A stretch of 28,150 nucleotides of DNA, taken from contig JBGSTX010000315.1 of the NCBI GenBank assembly GCA_041736305.1, positions 1 to 28,150 of the forward strand, written 5' to 3'. Source of the stretch: Oligoflexus sp. GTDB taxonomy: Bacteria; Bdellovibrionota_B; Oligoflexia; Oligoflexales; Oligoflexaceae. Made by a program: the position numbers and the translations under genes. Positions 8,543 through 17,624 of the stretch are shown here, piece by piece. Under the pieces are notes generated by a model that worked only from the letters and a program-made list of their open reading frames with translations, was not told the origin of the DNA and did no database searches. Every line of letters starts with the position of its first letter. The stretch's first letter is position 1.

Positions 8543-9970
8543 ATGCCGATTTTTCAGCCGCGCTCGATTCTACAATTGGTTTTGGTCGGCTTTCTGGTTG
8601 TGTTGCTTCCTATCCTCGGGGCCTTAGTCTACGGGGCTGGCTCCTTCAGCTCGCTCGCTCAGAGCGGTAGCGATGATCTTGAAGAAGTGGCTGATACGGC
8701 GGAGATCACGCAACGACTCGCTAAAGGTTTAACCGATATCGAGCGATTGACCCGCCAGTATAAGTTGCTTAAAGAGCCCTCTCTCTTGTCGGCTGTGTCG
8801 ACTGAAGTAACTTCCAGTATCGCTAGTCTGAAGAGTCTACGTCTTCTGCGGCCGGAACCCGAGATAGCGCGCAGCATCGAACAGACCCAAGAGCTGATGC
8901 TAAAACTCGAAAAAACTCTTCAAGAACGCCCGAGTGCGCGTGCCATCGAGATGATCCAACCGCTCAATCTCAGTCTCCTCCAACTGCGTCAAGCTCTAGA
9001 AATCGATTTGAAGAGGAAGGTAGCTGCGGCCAAAGATGCAGCTCAAACCATTCGTACGCGCCTGCTTATTCTGAGTTTTACGGTTTTGCCAGGCACCTTG
9101 ATTCTTATTGGCCTCTTCTCGATCCTTATCACGCGCCCGATCAAGATGATCGATCGCGGTATCAAACAGATAGGAACCGGCAGTTATGAGGTCCCCAAAC
9201 GCTTCTCAGGGCCCCGCGACCTGCAGCTCGTAGGTGAACGGGTCAGATGGCTAGGCCAGCGCGTTCGGGCTTCGGAAGAATCCCAGGAGCGCTTTCTCCG
9301 CCACATCTCTCACGAACTCAAAACACCCCTGGCGACAATCAAAGAAGGCATCGAACTGCTGGCCGATGGCATCCCAGGGCCATTGACCGCTCAGCAGAAG
9401 GAGGTGCTCGCCATACTGCGCAGCGGTATTCAGCATTTCCAGGTCCTAATCAACAATCTCCTCGATTTTAATCTGGTGCGCAGCAACAAGGCGCTCAATC
9501 GCGAAGAGGTCGATCTGCGCGAACTCGTTCAGGGTATCGTGCGCCTGCATCAGCTTACCGCCCAGCGCAAATCGGTCGAGTTTGAAATCATCGGTGAAGC
9601 CATGCGTGTGCTGGTCGATCGCTCCGTCCTGAACGCCGCCATAGACAATCTCATATCCAATGCCGTGCATTTTTCACCCGAAGGCGGTAAAGTGCACGTC
9701 CGTTGGTGGCGAAAACCAGATGGCCTCACGCTTCTGATCGGTGATGAGGGGCCAGGTATCGCTCCGGACGAGCGAGATAAGGTGTTCTTGCCGTTTTTCC
9801 AAGGCAAGGCTGTCCGTGTCGGCCCCTTGAAGGGTACTGGCATAGGGCTCTCAGTTGCACGCGAATGCGTTGAACTGCACAAGGGGCGGATTCGTATACT
9901 CGATGCCGAACGAGGTGCTTGGCTGGAGATGTTTTTGCCAGGCACCTCGCTTAATCTGCACCCTGGCTGA
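8543..9970 (+). CDS. glrK: Membrane sensor histidine kinase, GlrK/QseE-like
   Basis: Two TM segments, HAMP, H-box ISHELKTPL, N-box NLISNAVHF and G boxes DEGPGI and GTGIGLSV. The N-terminal PRSILQLVL and the FFQG…GPLKGTGIGL pattern are GlrK-like, and the gene order matches glrK-qseG-glrR. Confidence 0.8.
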   Translation: MPIFQPRSILQLVLVGFLVVLLPILGALVYGAGSFSSLAQSGSDDLEEVADTAEITQRLAKGLTDIERLTRQYKLLKEPSLLSAVSTEVTSSIASLKSLRLLRPEPEIARSIEQTQELMLKLEKTLQERPSARAIEMIQPLNLSLLQLRQALEIDLKRKVAAAKDAAQTIRTRLLILSFTVLPGTLILIGLFSILITRPIKMIDRGIKQIGTGSYEVPKRFSGPRDLQLVGERVRWLGQRVRASEESQERFLRHISHELKTPLATIKEGIELLADGIPGPLTAQQKEVLAILRSGIQHFQVLINNLLDFNLVRSNKALNREEVDLRELVQGIVRLHQLTAQRKSVEFEIIGEAMRVLVDRSVLNAAIDNLISNAVHFSPEGGKVHVRWWRKPDGLTLLIGDEGPGIAPDERDKVFLPFFQGKAVRVGPLKGTGIGLSVARECVELHKGRIRILDAERGAWLEMFLPGTSLNLHPG

Positions 9971-10022
9971 GGCTGAAGGAACGAGACAAGAGACAAAAAA
10001 GATGAAGATGGAATAAGAATAA
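9965..10022. repeat. Run of four different short tandem duplications
   Basis: GGCTGA x2 (9965-9976), GAGACAA x2 (9983-9996), AAGATG x2 (9999-10010) and GAATAA x2 (10011-10022). Confidence 0.7.
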
Positions 10023-10046
10023 ACACCTTCTTAAGAAGGGGTAAGA

Positions 10047-10601
10047 ATGCAGTCTACCGCAAAAGCCATGCTCGCCTCTCTGCTTCTCAGCGGTTTCGCT
10101 TGCCAACACCGCTTCCAGGTGCAAGAGCCCCAGGCCAGGCTTACGGACATGCCTCTCGCAGCGAAAGAGGAGAACGAACGCCCCGAGGCGAAATCGTCTG
10201 AACAGCTCCAAGGGTGGCTCTACTATAACAGCCTCGTGTCTAAAATGAATGCCCGCGATCTCAAGATAGAATTTGAGCAGCAGCGGCGTTCCTTCGAGCA
10301 GTCCCAAGCCTGGGAAGACGAGCTGCGCTTAGGTCTGGTACAGACGGCGCAGCAGCTCAATGGCCGCTCTTTTCAAAAGGCCCTAGAGACTTTCGAGCCT
10401 CTCCTGCAGAATGCGCACTACAGCCCCAACCTGCGCCTTTGGTTGTCGCAGTATAAAGAACAGCTGCAAATGAGTGCCCAGCTTGAAAAAGAGCTGTATC
10501 AGCAAAAGAAAGAGCGCAGCGAACTCGAAGCCAAACTCAAAGCCCTCTCGAATATTGAACTAGAAATGAGCCAGAGACAAAAAAACGATCCTGTACGCTA
10601 G
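10047..10601 (+). CDS. QseG/YfhG-like helical lipoprotein
   Basis: Lipobox GFAC and a coiled-coil C-terminus LEAKLKALSNIELEMSQR resembling the QseG terminal motif. It lies between the kinase and the sigma54 regulator. Confidence 0.7.
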   Translation: MQSTAKAMLASLLLSGFACQHRFQVQEPQARLTDMPLAAKEENERPEAKSSEQLQGWLYYNSLVSKMNARDLKIEFEQQRRSFEQSQAWEDELRLGLVQTAQQLNGRSFQKALETFEPLLQNAHYSPNLRLWLSQYKEQLQMSAQLEKELYQQKKERSELEAKLKALSNIELEMSQRQKNDPVR

Positions 10602-10632
10602 CCCGCAAGCGAGGATAGATGAGCACGGATCA

Positions 10633-10654
10633 GCTGTCGCTGCTAAGAGACAGC
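10633..10654. promoter_or_regulatory. GlrR-type binding palindrome TGTC-N10-GACA
   Basis: GC-TGTC-GCTGCTAAGA-GACA-GC in the intergenic region directly upstream of the glrR-like gene. Confidence 0.6.
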
Positions 10655-10679
10655 AATGGATTGAAAGGAGATCTTTCCG

Positions 10680-12038
10680 ATGAGCGAAGCAGCTGCCAAA
10701 ATTATGCTGGTAGATGACGACCATGGATTTCTGACTTTGCTAGCTATGCGCCTCGGCGCTGAAGGTTTTACGGTTGAAACAGCCAGCAACGGCCGCGACT
10801 GTCTCAACAAAATCGAAAGTTTTACGCCCGACCTCATGATCAGTGATCTGCGGATGGACGTAATGGACGGGATGGAACTCTACGGTCGCGTCCATCGCCT
10901 GATGCCTTATCTTCCCGTCATCATGATCACGGCCCATGGCAGTATTCCTGAAGCTGTTGCTGCTACGCAGCAGGGTGTTTTCTCCTTCTTGCCCAAACCG
11001 GTCGATCGCCAACAACTCTTCGACCTGATTCATCAAGCTCTCGAGCAAAAGGGCCATCTGCCATCGCAGCTTATTGAAGGCAGCGAAGTGAGCTGTATGT
11101 CGCGCAGTCCGAAGATGCTCGAACTCTACGAGCAGCTCCGGATGGTGGCGCCTTCCGAGGCGAGCGTCCTGATCACGGGTGAAAGTGGATCGGGCAAAGA
11201 GCTTTTCGCGCGTGCAGTCCATGCCGCCAGCCCTCGTTCGCAGGGTCCTTTCATCGCTATTAACTGCGGTGCAATACCGGCTGAACTTCTCGAGTCTGAG
11301 CTCTTCGGACATATGCGTGGATCGTTTACCGGCGCAAACAAGGACCATTCGGGCCTCTTCCAGTCGGCGCGCAGCGGGACGCTTTTTCTCGACGAAATCG
11401 GCGATATGCCTCTGCCCTTGCAGGTCAAGCTCTTGAGGGTGATAGAAGAGAAAAAAGTCCGCCCGGTCGGCAGCACCACCTCAGTTCCTATCGATGTCCG
11501 TATCATTTCTGCGACACATCGTGATTTACTCGGCATGATACAAGATCGATTGTTTCGCGAGGATCTTTATTATAGGCTCAACGTAATTCATCTGAGCTTG
11601 CCAGCCCTTCGGGAAAGACGAGAAGACATACCGCTGCTGGCTGAAGCTTTCCTGCAGGAGAATGCCGAAAGACAGAAGCCCAGCGTGAAAGCCTTTGCTT
11701 CGGGAGCTCTGGAGCTTTTAACGGCTGCTGAATGGCCCGGGAATGTCCGTCAGCTCTACAATGCTGTAGAGAAAATGGTGATTTTGTCTCCGAGCCCTAT
11801 TATTTCAGCGGCTCATGTAAGATGGTGCCTCGGCGAAACCCAAGCGGAATCACCGTCCTTGGCCGAAGCAAAGAATCAGTTTGAACGCGACTATCTAGTC
11901 GAGGCATTGAAGAAAACCCATGGCAATGTCAGTAAAGCCGCTCGTGCAGCAAAAAGAAATCGCACCGATTTTTATAAGCTTATGGCGAGACATAATTTGC
12001 AAGCTTCCAACTTTAAAGTATCGAGACGTCACCATTGA
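10680..12038 (+). CDS. glrR: Sigma54-dependent response regulator, GlrR/QseF-like
   Basis: REC domain (LVDDD, ISDLRMD, TAHGSIPEAVAATQQG), AAA+ domain (GESGSGKE, ESELFGH, GSFTGA, WPGNVRQL) and Fis-type HTH (GNVSKAARAAKRNRTDFYKL). Confidence 0.9.
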   Translation: MSEAAAKIMLVDDDHGFLTLLAMRLGAEGFTVETASNGRDCLNKIESFTPDLMISDLRMDVMDGMELYGRVHRLMPYLPVIMITAHGSIPEAVAATQQGVFSFLPKPVDRQQLFDLIHQALEQKGHLPSQLIEGSEVSCMSRSPKMLELYEQLRMVAPSEASVLITGESGSGKELFARAVHAASPRSQGPFIAINCGAIPAELLESELFGHMRGSFTGANKDHSGLFQSARSGTLFLDEIGDMPLPLQVKLLRVIEEKKVRPVGSTTSVPIDVRIISATHRDLLGMIQDRLFREDLYYRLNVIHLSLPALRERREDIPLLAEAFLQENAERQKPSVKAFASGALELLTAAEWPGNVRQLYNAVEKMVILSPSPIISAAHVRWCLGETQAESPSLAEAKNQFERDYLVEALKKTHGNVSKAARAAKRNRTDFYKLMARHNLQASNFKVSRRHH

Positions 12039-12174
12039 GTCAGTGAGTTCGATGAGAACTTCTTAAGACTTAAAAAAGATTTTTGCGAAATTTTTTGATT
12101 ATGTTATTGGTATGAAATGGTGCTTTTGGTTCTTTGGCAGCAGTTAGTGTCTGCTCAATTTTTGGAGATTTCAG

Positions 12175-12405
12175 ATGAAAAAGCTTTTTCTAGCCGTTCT
12201 TTTTTCAGGTGTAGCTTTTGCTGGCGGGAAAAAAGGCGAAGATCATTTCAAAACCCTCGACAAAGATGCTGATGGCTTTGTATCTGCTGAAGAAGCAGCT
12301 ACTCATACTGAACTCAACACTGCTTTCACCACTCTCGACAAAGATGGTGACAAGAAGTTGAGCTCTGACGAATACAAGACTTTCGATAAGAAAGCTAAGA
12401 AGTAA
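12175..12405 (+). CDS. Secreted two-EF-hand Ca2+-binding protein
   Basis: Signal peptide (…GVAFA), EF loops DKDADGFVSAEE and DKDGDKKLSSDE, and a GGAG RBS. Confidence 0.85.
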   Translation: MKKLFLAVLFSGVAFAGGKKGEDHFKTLDKDADGFVSAEEAATHTELNTAFTTLDKDGDKKLSSDEYKTFDKKAKK

Positions 12406-12414
12406 GTAGCAGAC

Positions 12415-13668
12415 TCAGATTTCTGAGGCGAGGTGCCGGGCTAATGGCTCTGGCGCCTTTTTTATTTTATCAGAGTCATAGCCTTTCAATACGGGAATCG
12501 TAACGTCTACCACGGTACCCTGAGCCTCTTCCGAATCGACCTGAAACACGCCGCGCATAGAATCGATAATCTTCTTGCAAAGATTCAGGCCCAGTCCAAT
12601 CCCGGTGCGACTGTGATGACGGAAACTATCACCTTGGTAAAAAAGCTGACAGCAGCGCTCGAGCTGGATATCGTTCATCCCCCTCCCTGAGTCGCTTATC
12701 TTAAACTGCAGAGCGATATGGGCGGGGGCAAGTGCAATCTTGCTCGATCCTCTTTCTACTGCAGAAATCCGGATCTCGATGTAGCCGCGATCAGTGAAGC
12801 GCACACTGTTGAAGAGGATTTGGGTCAACATGTGGCGGAGTAGCTTCACGTCGCCTATGAGGTTCTCAGGCACTTCGGGCGCGACGTGTATATGCAGCTG
12901 GAGCTTCTTTTCTTTGCAAAGGGGATGAAACTGCTGCTCGCAGTAGGCGACCAAGTCGTTGAGCTTAAAGGGGGCCAAGGAGAGGCTGAATTGGGAGCTG
13001 TCCAGATGAGTGTAAAGGAGGACTCCCTCAATTATCTGGCCAAGACGCATCGTTGAACGATGGGAGTTTCGGATAACGTCGAGAGCGGTCTGATCGTTGT
13101 GGCTTTCGAGCAAATCTTCGAGAGTCATCAGGATAACATTGAGCGGCGTCCGCAGCTCGTGGCCGATGATGCCGAGAAAATCGCGCTTGGCCCGATCTGA
13201 AGTCTCAGCCATCGAACGGGCGGCGGCCAGCTCCTGCATATAAACCTTGTTCCGCGCCTGCAGGCGCCACTTGGCTCCAAGATTCATCACCATCTGCTTG
13301 ACTTCGGAGACACGGAAGGGCTTGTTGAGGAACAGGTACTTATCGCAGATGCCGAGTTGCTCGGCAATCTCCATCCACGATTCACTGGCATAGGCTGAAC
13401 AGATAATTAATTCGATATCAGGATCAACCGCTCTGATGCGCTCGATAGTTTCGAGGCCGTTCCAGTCGCTGGGCTCGTTGATATCGACTATGGCCAGAGC
13501 ATAGGGCTCGCCCTGTTCGTAGCTTTTTTGCAGATGAGTAAGAGCTTCGTCGGCGGCGAATGCCGAATCGAACTCGTAGCGAGGATTGTCATGAAACAGA
13601 TTCCGCAGCTGCTCATGGACTTCGGGAAGCTCATCGATGATCAGAACGCGCAGGTTCTGCGTCGGCAT
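12415..13668 (-). CDS. Cytoplasmic hybrid kinase (REC-HisKA-HATPase)
   Basis: N-terminal receiver (VLIIDE, AIVDI, LNKPF), H-box IGHELRTPL, N-box FNSVRFT and G boxes DSGRGM and GIGLGL. Confidence 0.88.
   Translation of the reverse strand: MPTQNLRVLIIDELPEVHEQLRNLFHDNPRYEFDSAFAADEALTHLQKSYEQGEPYALAIVDINEPSDWNGLETIERIRAVDPDIELIICSAYASESWMEIAEQLGICDKYLFLNKPFRVSEVKQMVMNLGAKWRLQARNKVYMQELAAARSMAETSDRAKRDFLGIIGHELRTPLNVILMTLEDLLESHNDQTALDVIRNSHRSTMRLGQIIEGVLLYTHLDSSQFSLSLAPFKLNDLVAYCEQQFHPLCKEKKLQLHIHVAPEVPENLIGDVKLLRHMLTQILFNSVRFTDRGYIEIRISAVERGSSKIALAPAHIALQFKISDSGRGMNDIQLERCCQLFYQGDSFRHHSRTGIGLGLNLCKKIIDSMRGVFQVDSEEAQGTVVDVTIPVLKGYDSDKIKKAPEPLARHLASEI
12431..12463 (+). terminator. Probable terminator of the EF-hand gene, inside the 3' end of the convergent kinase gene
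   Basis: AGGTGCCGGG…TCTGGCGCCT stem (with G-U pairs) followed by a T-run. Confidence 0.55.
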
Positions 13669-13697
13669 GCGATTCTACCTTTTAGGAACCAATGCTC

Positions 13698-14483
13698 TTA
13701 ATGAACAAAGGTAATAACTATTTCGAAAAGTATGAGAAGCACAATAGCCATTTCCAGCCAATAAAGCCGACGGTCGCGGACCGTCTCGACTACGACCGAA
13801 AGCGTCTGCTGAATCAATTGCAGCTTGTATTCCAAGGCTTGAAAGCGTTCGGGTAGATCGAACATGGCACGAAGGTCGCCGTAGATCTCATCCATGACTT
13901 TGTCTTCCCAAATCAGATCCGGCTTATCGAGAAGATGGAGTACGCGGACTACGGTACTGCGCAGCGAGAGGGATTCGGCAATTTGCTTATTGATAGGCGA
14001 GGGTAGAAGGGAGAGCGTCCCACGCAATTTAAGCTGATTAAGTAGCGCGTCAACCTGGTTCCAAGCTTCTTCGACCAAGGACTCATAATATTCCATGGAC
14101 GTGCTTTGAGCCAGTGTTGAGGCTATGACTTCCATCCGGTCGGGATTCAAGCGATCGATGATCAGACGATTGAATTCAACCTGGGCCGAACCAGCTTGCT
14201 CGACTACAGTAAAGTTATCGCTGAACTTAGGCTTCAGATTGGGGACAGCATCGAGTCCGAGAAGTCGGTTCAGGTGATCAGACTGCTCTTCGGCCGCCAC
14301 GTTCCAGAATACTACTGAACCATAGTTGAAAATGAAGATGTATCCATCGCTACCAACTTTGGCACTCAGAGAAGCCCAGGGATCGATGGAAGACTGCGAA
14401 GCCGATAAGGACTTGGCTAGTTCCATCATATTGAGGCTATGGGCAAAAACAAAAGATCGCAGGTTGAACAGACGAGAGTCCAT
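13698..14483 (-). CDS. RMD1 family (DUF155/YagE-like) protein
   Basis: FIFNYGSVVFWN, LAQS…YYE, LLDKPDLIWE, ERF..LEYKL and the C-terminal LEMAIVLLILFEI. Confidence 0.88.
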   Translation of the reverse strand: MDSRLFNLRSFVFAHSLNMMELAKSLSASQSSIDPWASLSAKVGSDGYIFIFNYGSVVFWNVAAEEQSDHLNRLLGLDAVPNLKPKFSDNFTVVEQAGSAQVEFNRLIIDRLNPDRMEVIASTLAQSTSMEYYESLVEEAWNQVDALLNQLKLRGTLSLLPSPINKQIAESLSLRSTVVRVLHLLDKPDLIWEDKVMDEIYGDLRAMFDLPERFQALEYKLQLIQQTLSVVVETVRDRRLYWLEMAIVLLILFEIVITFVH

Positions 14484-14572
14484 ATAAGTCCCTGGCCGTT
14501 AGGCAACAAGTGGTCATAATGTATTGTATGCGACTTGCGCGTTGGGCCACAAGCGGGCAAGCTCAAGCAGAC

Positions 14573-17503
14573 TTAGTGGGCTAATTTGGCATCTACATCG
14601 AGATCAACGGATTTGTTGATTTCTTCACGCCAGCTTTCCGTAGTTGTTCCTTGCTTGGCCAAGCGGAGAGCTTGCTCTTTCAAATCTTTGCGCGCGGCGG
14701 CTAGCTTATTGAGGTATAATGTCTTGAAATCATTAAAGCTTTTAACTCTAGAAGGACCGAGCGTGTCGGCTATCTCGACCTTCTGAACAGCCTCCATAGC
14801 CTGCTTGGCAACCGAAGTCAGGCGCCACAGAGCAGGCGCACACATTGTATTCATGCCAATTTGGCAAACTTTCGCGTAAGGCTGCTTTTCGACGTCGAAG
14901 CGATCCGCATATTTCTTCACGGTCGCTTCGGGATCACGAATTTGCAGGTTACTCTCATTGTTGGAAATGGGCTGAGTCGTCAGCTCGGCCTGACGAAAGC
15001 GAAGTTGAGCTAGGGCTTCGAGTGCCTCTTTCGATTGCGAAACGTGGGGTAGGAGCCTGGCTTCAAGCTCTTCTACACCTTTCAGCTCTTTGCTTTGAGC
15101 GAGGTACCGACCCATGAAAGCGAGTCCCCGGATAGTGAATGGATCTTGGGGCGACGCGAGCTGGAGGATGCGTTGAGCCCCCCAGTAGGCATCTTTCATT
15201 TCGCCAAACTGTTCTTCGATCTCCATGACCTTCGCTGCGGCGTCCAGCTGTATCTCTTTGGAAACATTAGCTGCTGAGCTCTGCTCGCGATAGGTCCGCG
15301 AGGCCCAGCCGTAAAGCTTTCTCTTCAAGTAGGTCTCAGCGAGAGCCTGTCGGACTTGGGGTGCATTGCCTTCATTTTTATAATCGGCTAGGTATTTTGT
15401 ATAAAAATAAATCGCGAATTCAGTCGTCGATTTATCGAGCAGAGCCCACTCGGCTGCCTGCAAGAGAAGCTTGGGGCGGGCCGGGTAGGCGGGATAGCGC
15501 TCTGCTATCGTCCTACACGCATTGAGGGCCGGCGTGTATCGGTTTTGTCCAACGTAAGCAAGGGCTGCGAAGTGAACCGCCTGAGGAATGCGGGGATCGT
15601 TCCCATACAATTGGACGAATTCCTCTAGGTTCTTGGCCGCCCGGGGATAAACCTTGCTAAGTAGGTCGGCACTACCTCCATTGAAGAGTGCATCAGCTAG
15701 CCAGGGAGCATAGTCCAGAGCTTTTGATTTTACCATCACTTCGAGTTTTTTGTTTTTGCAGAGATGGGCCAGATCAATGAAGTCTTGCCAGCGTTTGGCG
15801 GTATGGAAATCCGTGAGTAAGATTCCGCTGGCCTCCATTGCAAACTTTCCCTGAGCCTTTTGCAGAGCGGGCCGCCAAAGTTCTTCGGCAGCCTTATCCC
15901 GGCCGAGGGCTCGATGCAAGAGGCCCATGTGAGCCAAGAAAAACCATTCATCGGCGCCCTTGGTTTTCAATCCCCGCTCGAAAATTCCGATCAGCTTCTG
16001 CCTTTCCTCTTCAGGGCCGGACTGAATTCCTTCAAACGGAGGCTGCTGTGGCCATTTAGCGAGCTGGCTTTGTGATTCGATGGCCGCTAGCAGGAGCTTG
16101 CCGCTGCTATCTTTCGGGGCAAGTTCGAGGTAGAGAGCTGTCGCTTCTGGGTACTGATTGAGGCTGCGGTAAAGCTGAGCTAGCTTCACCTTGTAAGGAA
16201 AGGTCGAGGGCGATTCATTTTCTATTTTACAGTAGCTGACGAGAGTCTGGACGATGGCGGACTTCCGGGCCGCAGGGGTCTGAGCTTGATTCGCTTGAAC
16301 GATGAGTTGGTCGAGAACTCCCCGGTAGCCTTCAGCGACGCTCTGCCAAAGACCTGCAGCCGGACTGGATTTTCGCTTGGCCTCGTCGCGATACCGTCCA
16401 CGTAGATCGAGGTAAGACTTTTCCAAATCGGCTATGGCATTTGACTTCTGATATATGAGCAGATTGGTATCCCAAATCCGCTTGTCTGTGTCTAGGGCAA
16501 GGTCGGGCAGATTCTCCGCGATAGTGCGGTAGAGAGCGATGGCGGCCGGATATTTCTGCGCTTTTATCAGAGCGATCGCCTTGCGTTCGCGAAGGGCTTC
16601 GATGGGACGCTGGCTTTTAAAGCCGCTGCTGAGGTAATTAGGGATCTTGTTTTCTTTGCTGCTCGGCGTCATATTCCAAATTGAAATCGTCGTGTTGAGA
16701 ACATGGCTTTGCGCAGCAGCTGGCAGAGCTTTCGATGCTGTGGCAGCTACAGCGAGCTTCACGTCGTAGGTGGCTTTGACCGTTCCAGTCTGACGACCTT
16801 CGCCATCTATACCGATATCCATGGATGCTTCTATCAGCTTCAGAGCTATCTTCCCGTAGTTGTCAAGGGAAGGTGCTGCCTGATTCAGTAAGTTAGAGGC
16901 CTGACCAGCATTATTTGGGCTCGAGGCCAGAGGATAAGCGGTCAATAGATCAAGGTTTGCCGCAAGTGCTTTGCTGTTTTTAAGCTGTGGACGAAGAGCC
17001 GTCAGCTCACTGAGGCCATCAGCACCATTGGAAAGATAGAACTGGGCTAATTTCTGATAGTAGGCGAACTTAGCTTTTTTCTGAGGATTTTTCACGGCCT
17101 CAAAGCCCGATCCTGCATAGGTCTCGAGCCACTTGGCCGTTGGTGCGATGCGATCTTCTACATCATGGCTCAAGTAGTAATGGAGGAGCTTAGCTGCTCC
17201 CAAGGTTAAATTCTTACTAGTCTCGACAGATATGGGATTTTTCAAGGTCTTGATAGTTTGCTGGGTTTTATTCCAGAGGACCTCTGCCTCTTCTGCTTCT
17301 AGATATTTCGAATCAGTCGAGAGTGCAGCTAGCACCAAAAGGCGATGCATCTGCGAGGGGAATTCCTGCGATAGCAGCGGTTCGAACGAAACGCTAAGCG
17401 ACGCAGACTTTGCTCGCTCGTCGGCAAGTAAGGGAAACGCCAGGGGCAGCTGGCTCAAAATCCAGATGAAACCCAGGTTTAGTGTTGACTGCCTCCAACT
17501 CAT
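14573..17503 (-). CDS. Large secreted tetratricopeptide-repeat protein
   Basis: 976 aa, signal peptide and numerous TPR-like helices (e.g. AAKNLEEFVQLYGNDPRIPQAVHFAALAY). Confidence 0.7.
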   Translation of the reverse strand: MSWRQSTLNLGFIWILSQLPLAFPLLADERAKSASLSVSFEPLLSQEFPSQMHRLLVLAALSTDSKYLEAEEAEVLWNKTQQTIKTLKNPISVETSKNLTLGAAKLLHYYLSHDVEDRIAPTAKWLETYAGSGFEAVKNPQKKAKFAYYQKLAQFYLSNGADGLSELTALRPQLKNSKALAANLDLLTAYPLASSPNNAGQASNLLNQAAPSLDNYGKIALKLIEASMDIGIDGEGRQTGTVKATYDVKLAVAATASKALPAAAQSHVLNTTISIWNMTPSSKENKIPNYLSSGFKSQRPIEALRERKAIALIKAQKYPAAIALYRTIAENLPDLALDTDKRIWDTNLLIYQKSNAIADLEKSYLDLRGRYRDEAKRKSSPAAGLWQSVAEGYRGVLDQLIVQANQAQTPAARKSAIVQTLVSYCKIENESPSTFPYKVKLAQLYRSLNQYPEATALYLELAPKDSSGKLLLAAIESQSQLAKWPQQPPFEGIQSGPEEERQKLIGIFERGLKTKGADEWFFLAHMGLLHRALGRDKAAEELWRPALQKAQGKFAMEASGILLTDFHTAKRWQDFIDLAHLCKNKKLEVMVKSKALDYAPWLADALFNGGSADLLSKVYPRAAKNLEEFVQLYGNDPRIPQAVHFAALAYVGQNRYTPALNACRTIAERYPAYPARPKLLLQAAEWALLDKSTTEFAIYFYTKYLADYKNEGNAPQVRQALAETYLKRKLYGWASRTYREQSSAANVSKEIQLDAAAKVMEIEEQFGEMKDAYWGAQRILQLASPQDPFTIRGLAFMGRYLAQSKELKGVEELEARLLPHVSQSKEALEALAQLRFRQAELTTQPISNNESNLQIRDPEATVKKYADRFDVEKQPYAKVCQIGMNTMCAPALWRLTSVAKQAMEAVQKVEIADTLGPSRVKSFNDFKTLYLNKLAAARKDLKEQALRLAKQGTTTESWREEINKSVDLDVDAKLAH

Positions 17504-17624
17504 TGACTCTCCGAATTGACCCTAGGAAAAAGCAAATGCTCTGCTTTTATCCGGGGCTTCGGAACTTATCGGAATTCAGCCTTACGAACTTGCGTGCATT
17601 GATTCTTACTTTAATGAATGAGGA

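Noticed and set aside
12108-12123. Possible sigma54 promoter TGGTATGAAATGGTGC upstream of the EF-hand gene
   Set aside because: The GG-to-GC spacing is 11 nt rather than the strict 10 nt, so it is not called, although the position is suggestive.
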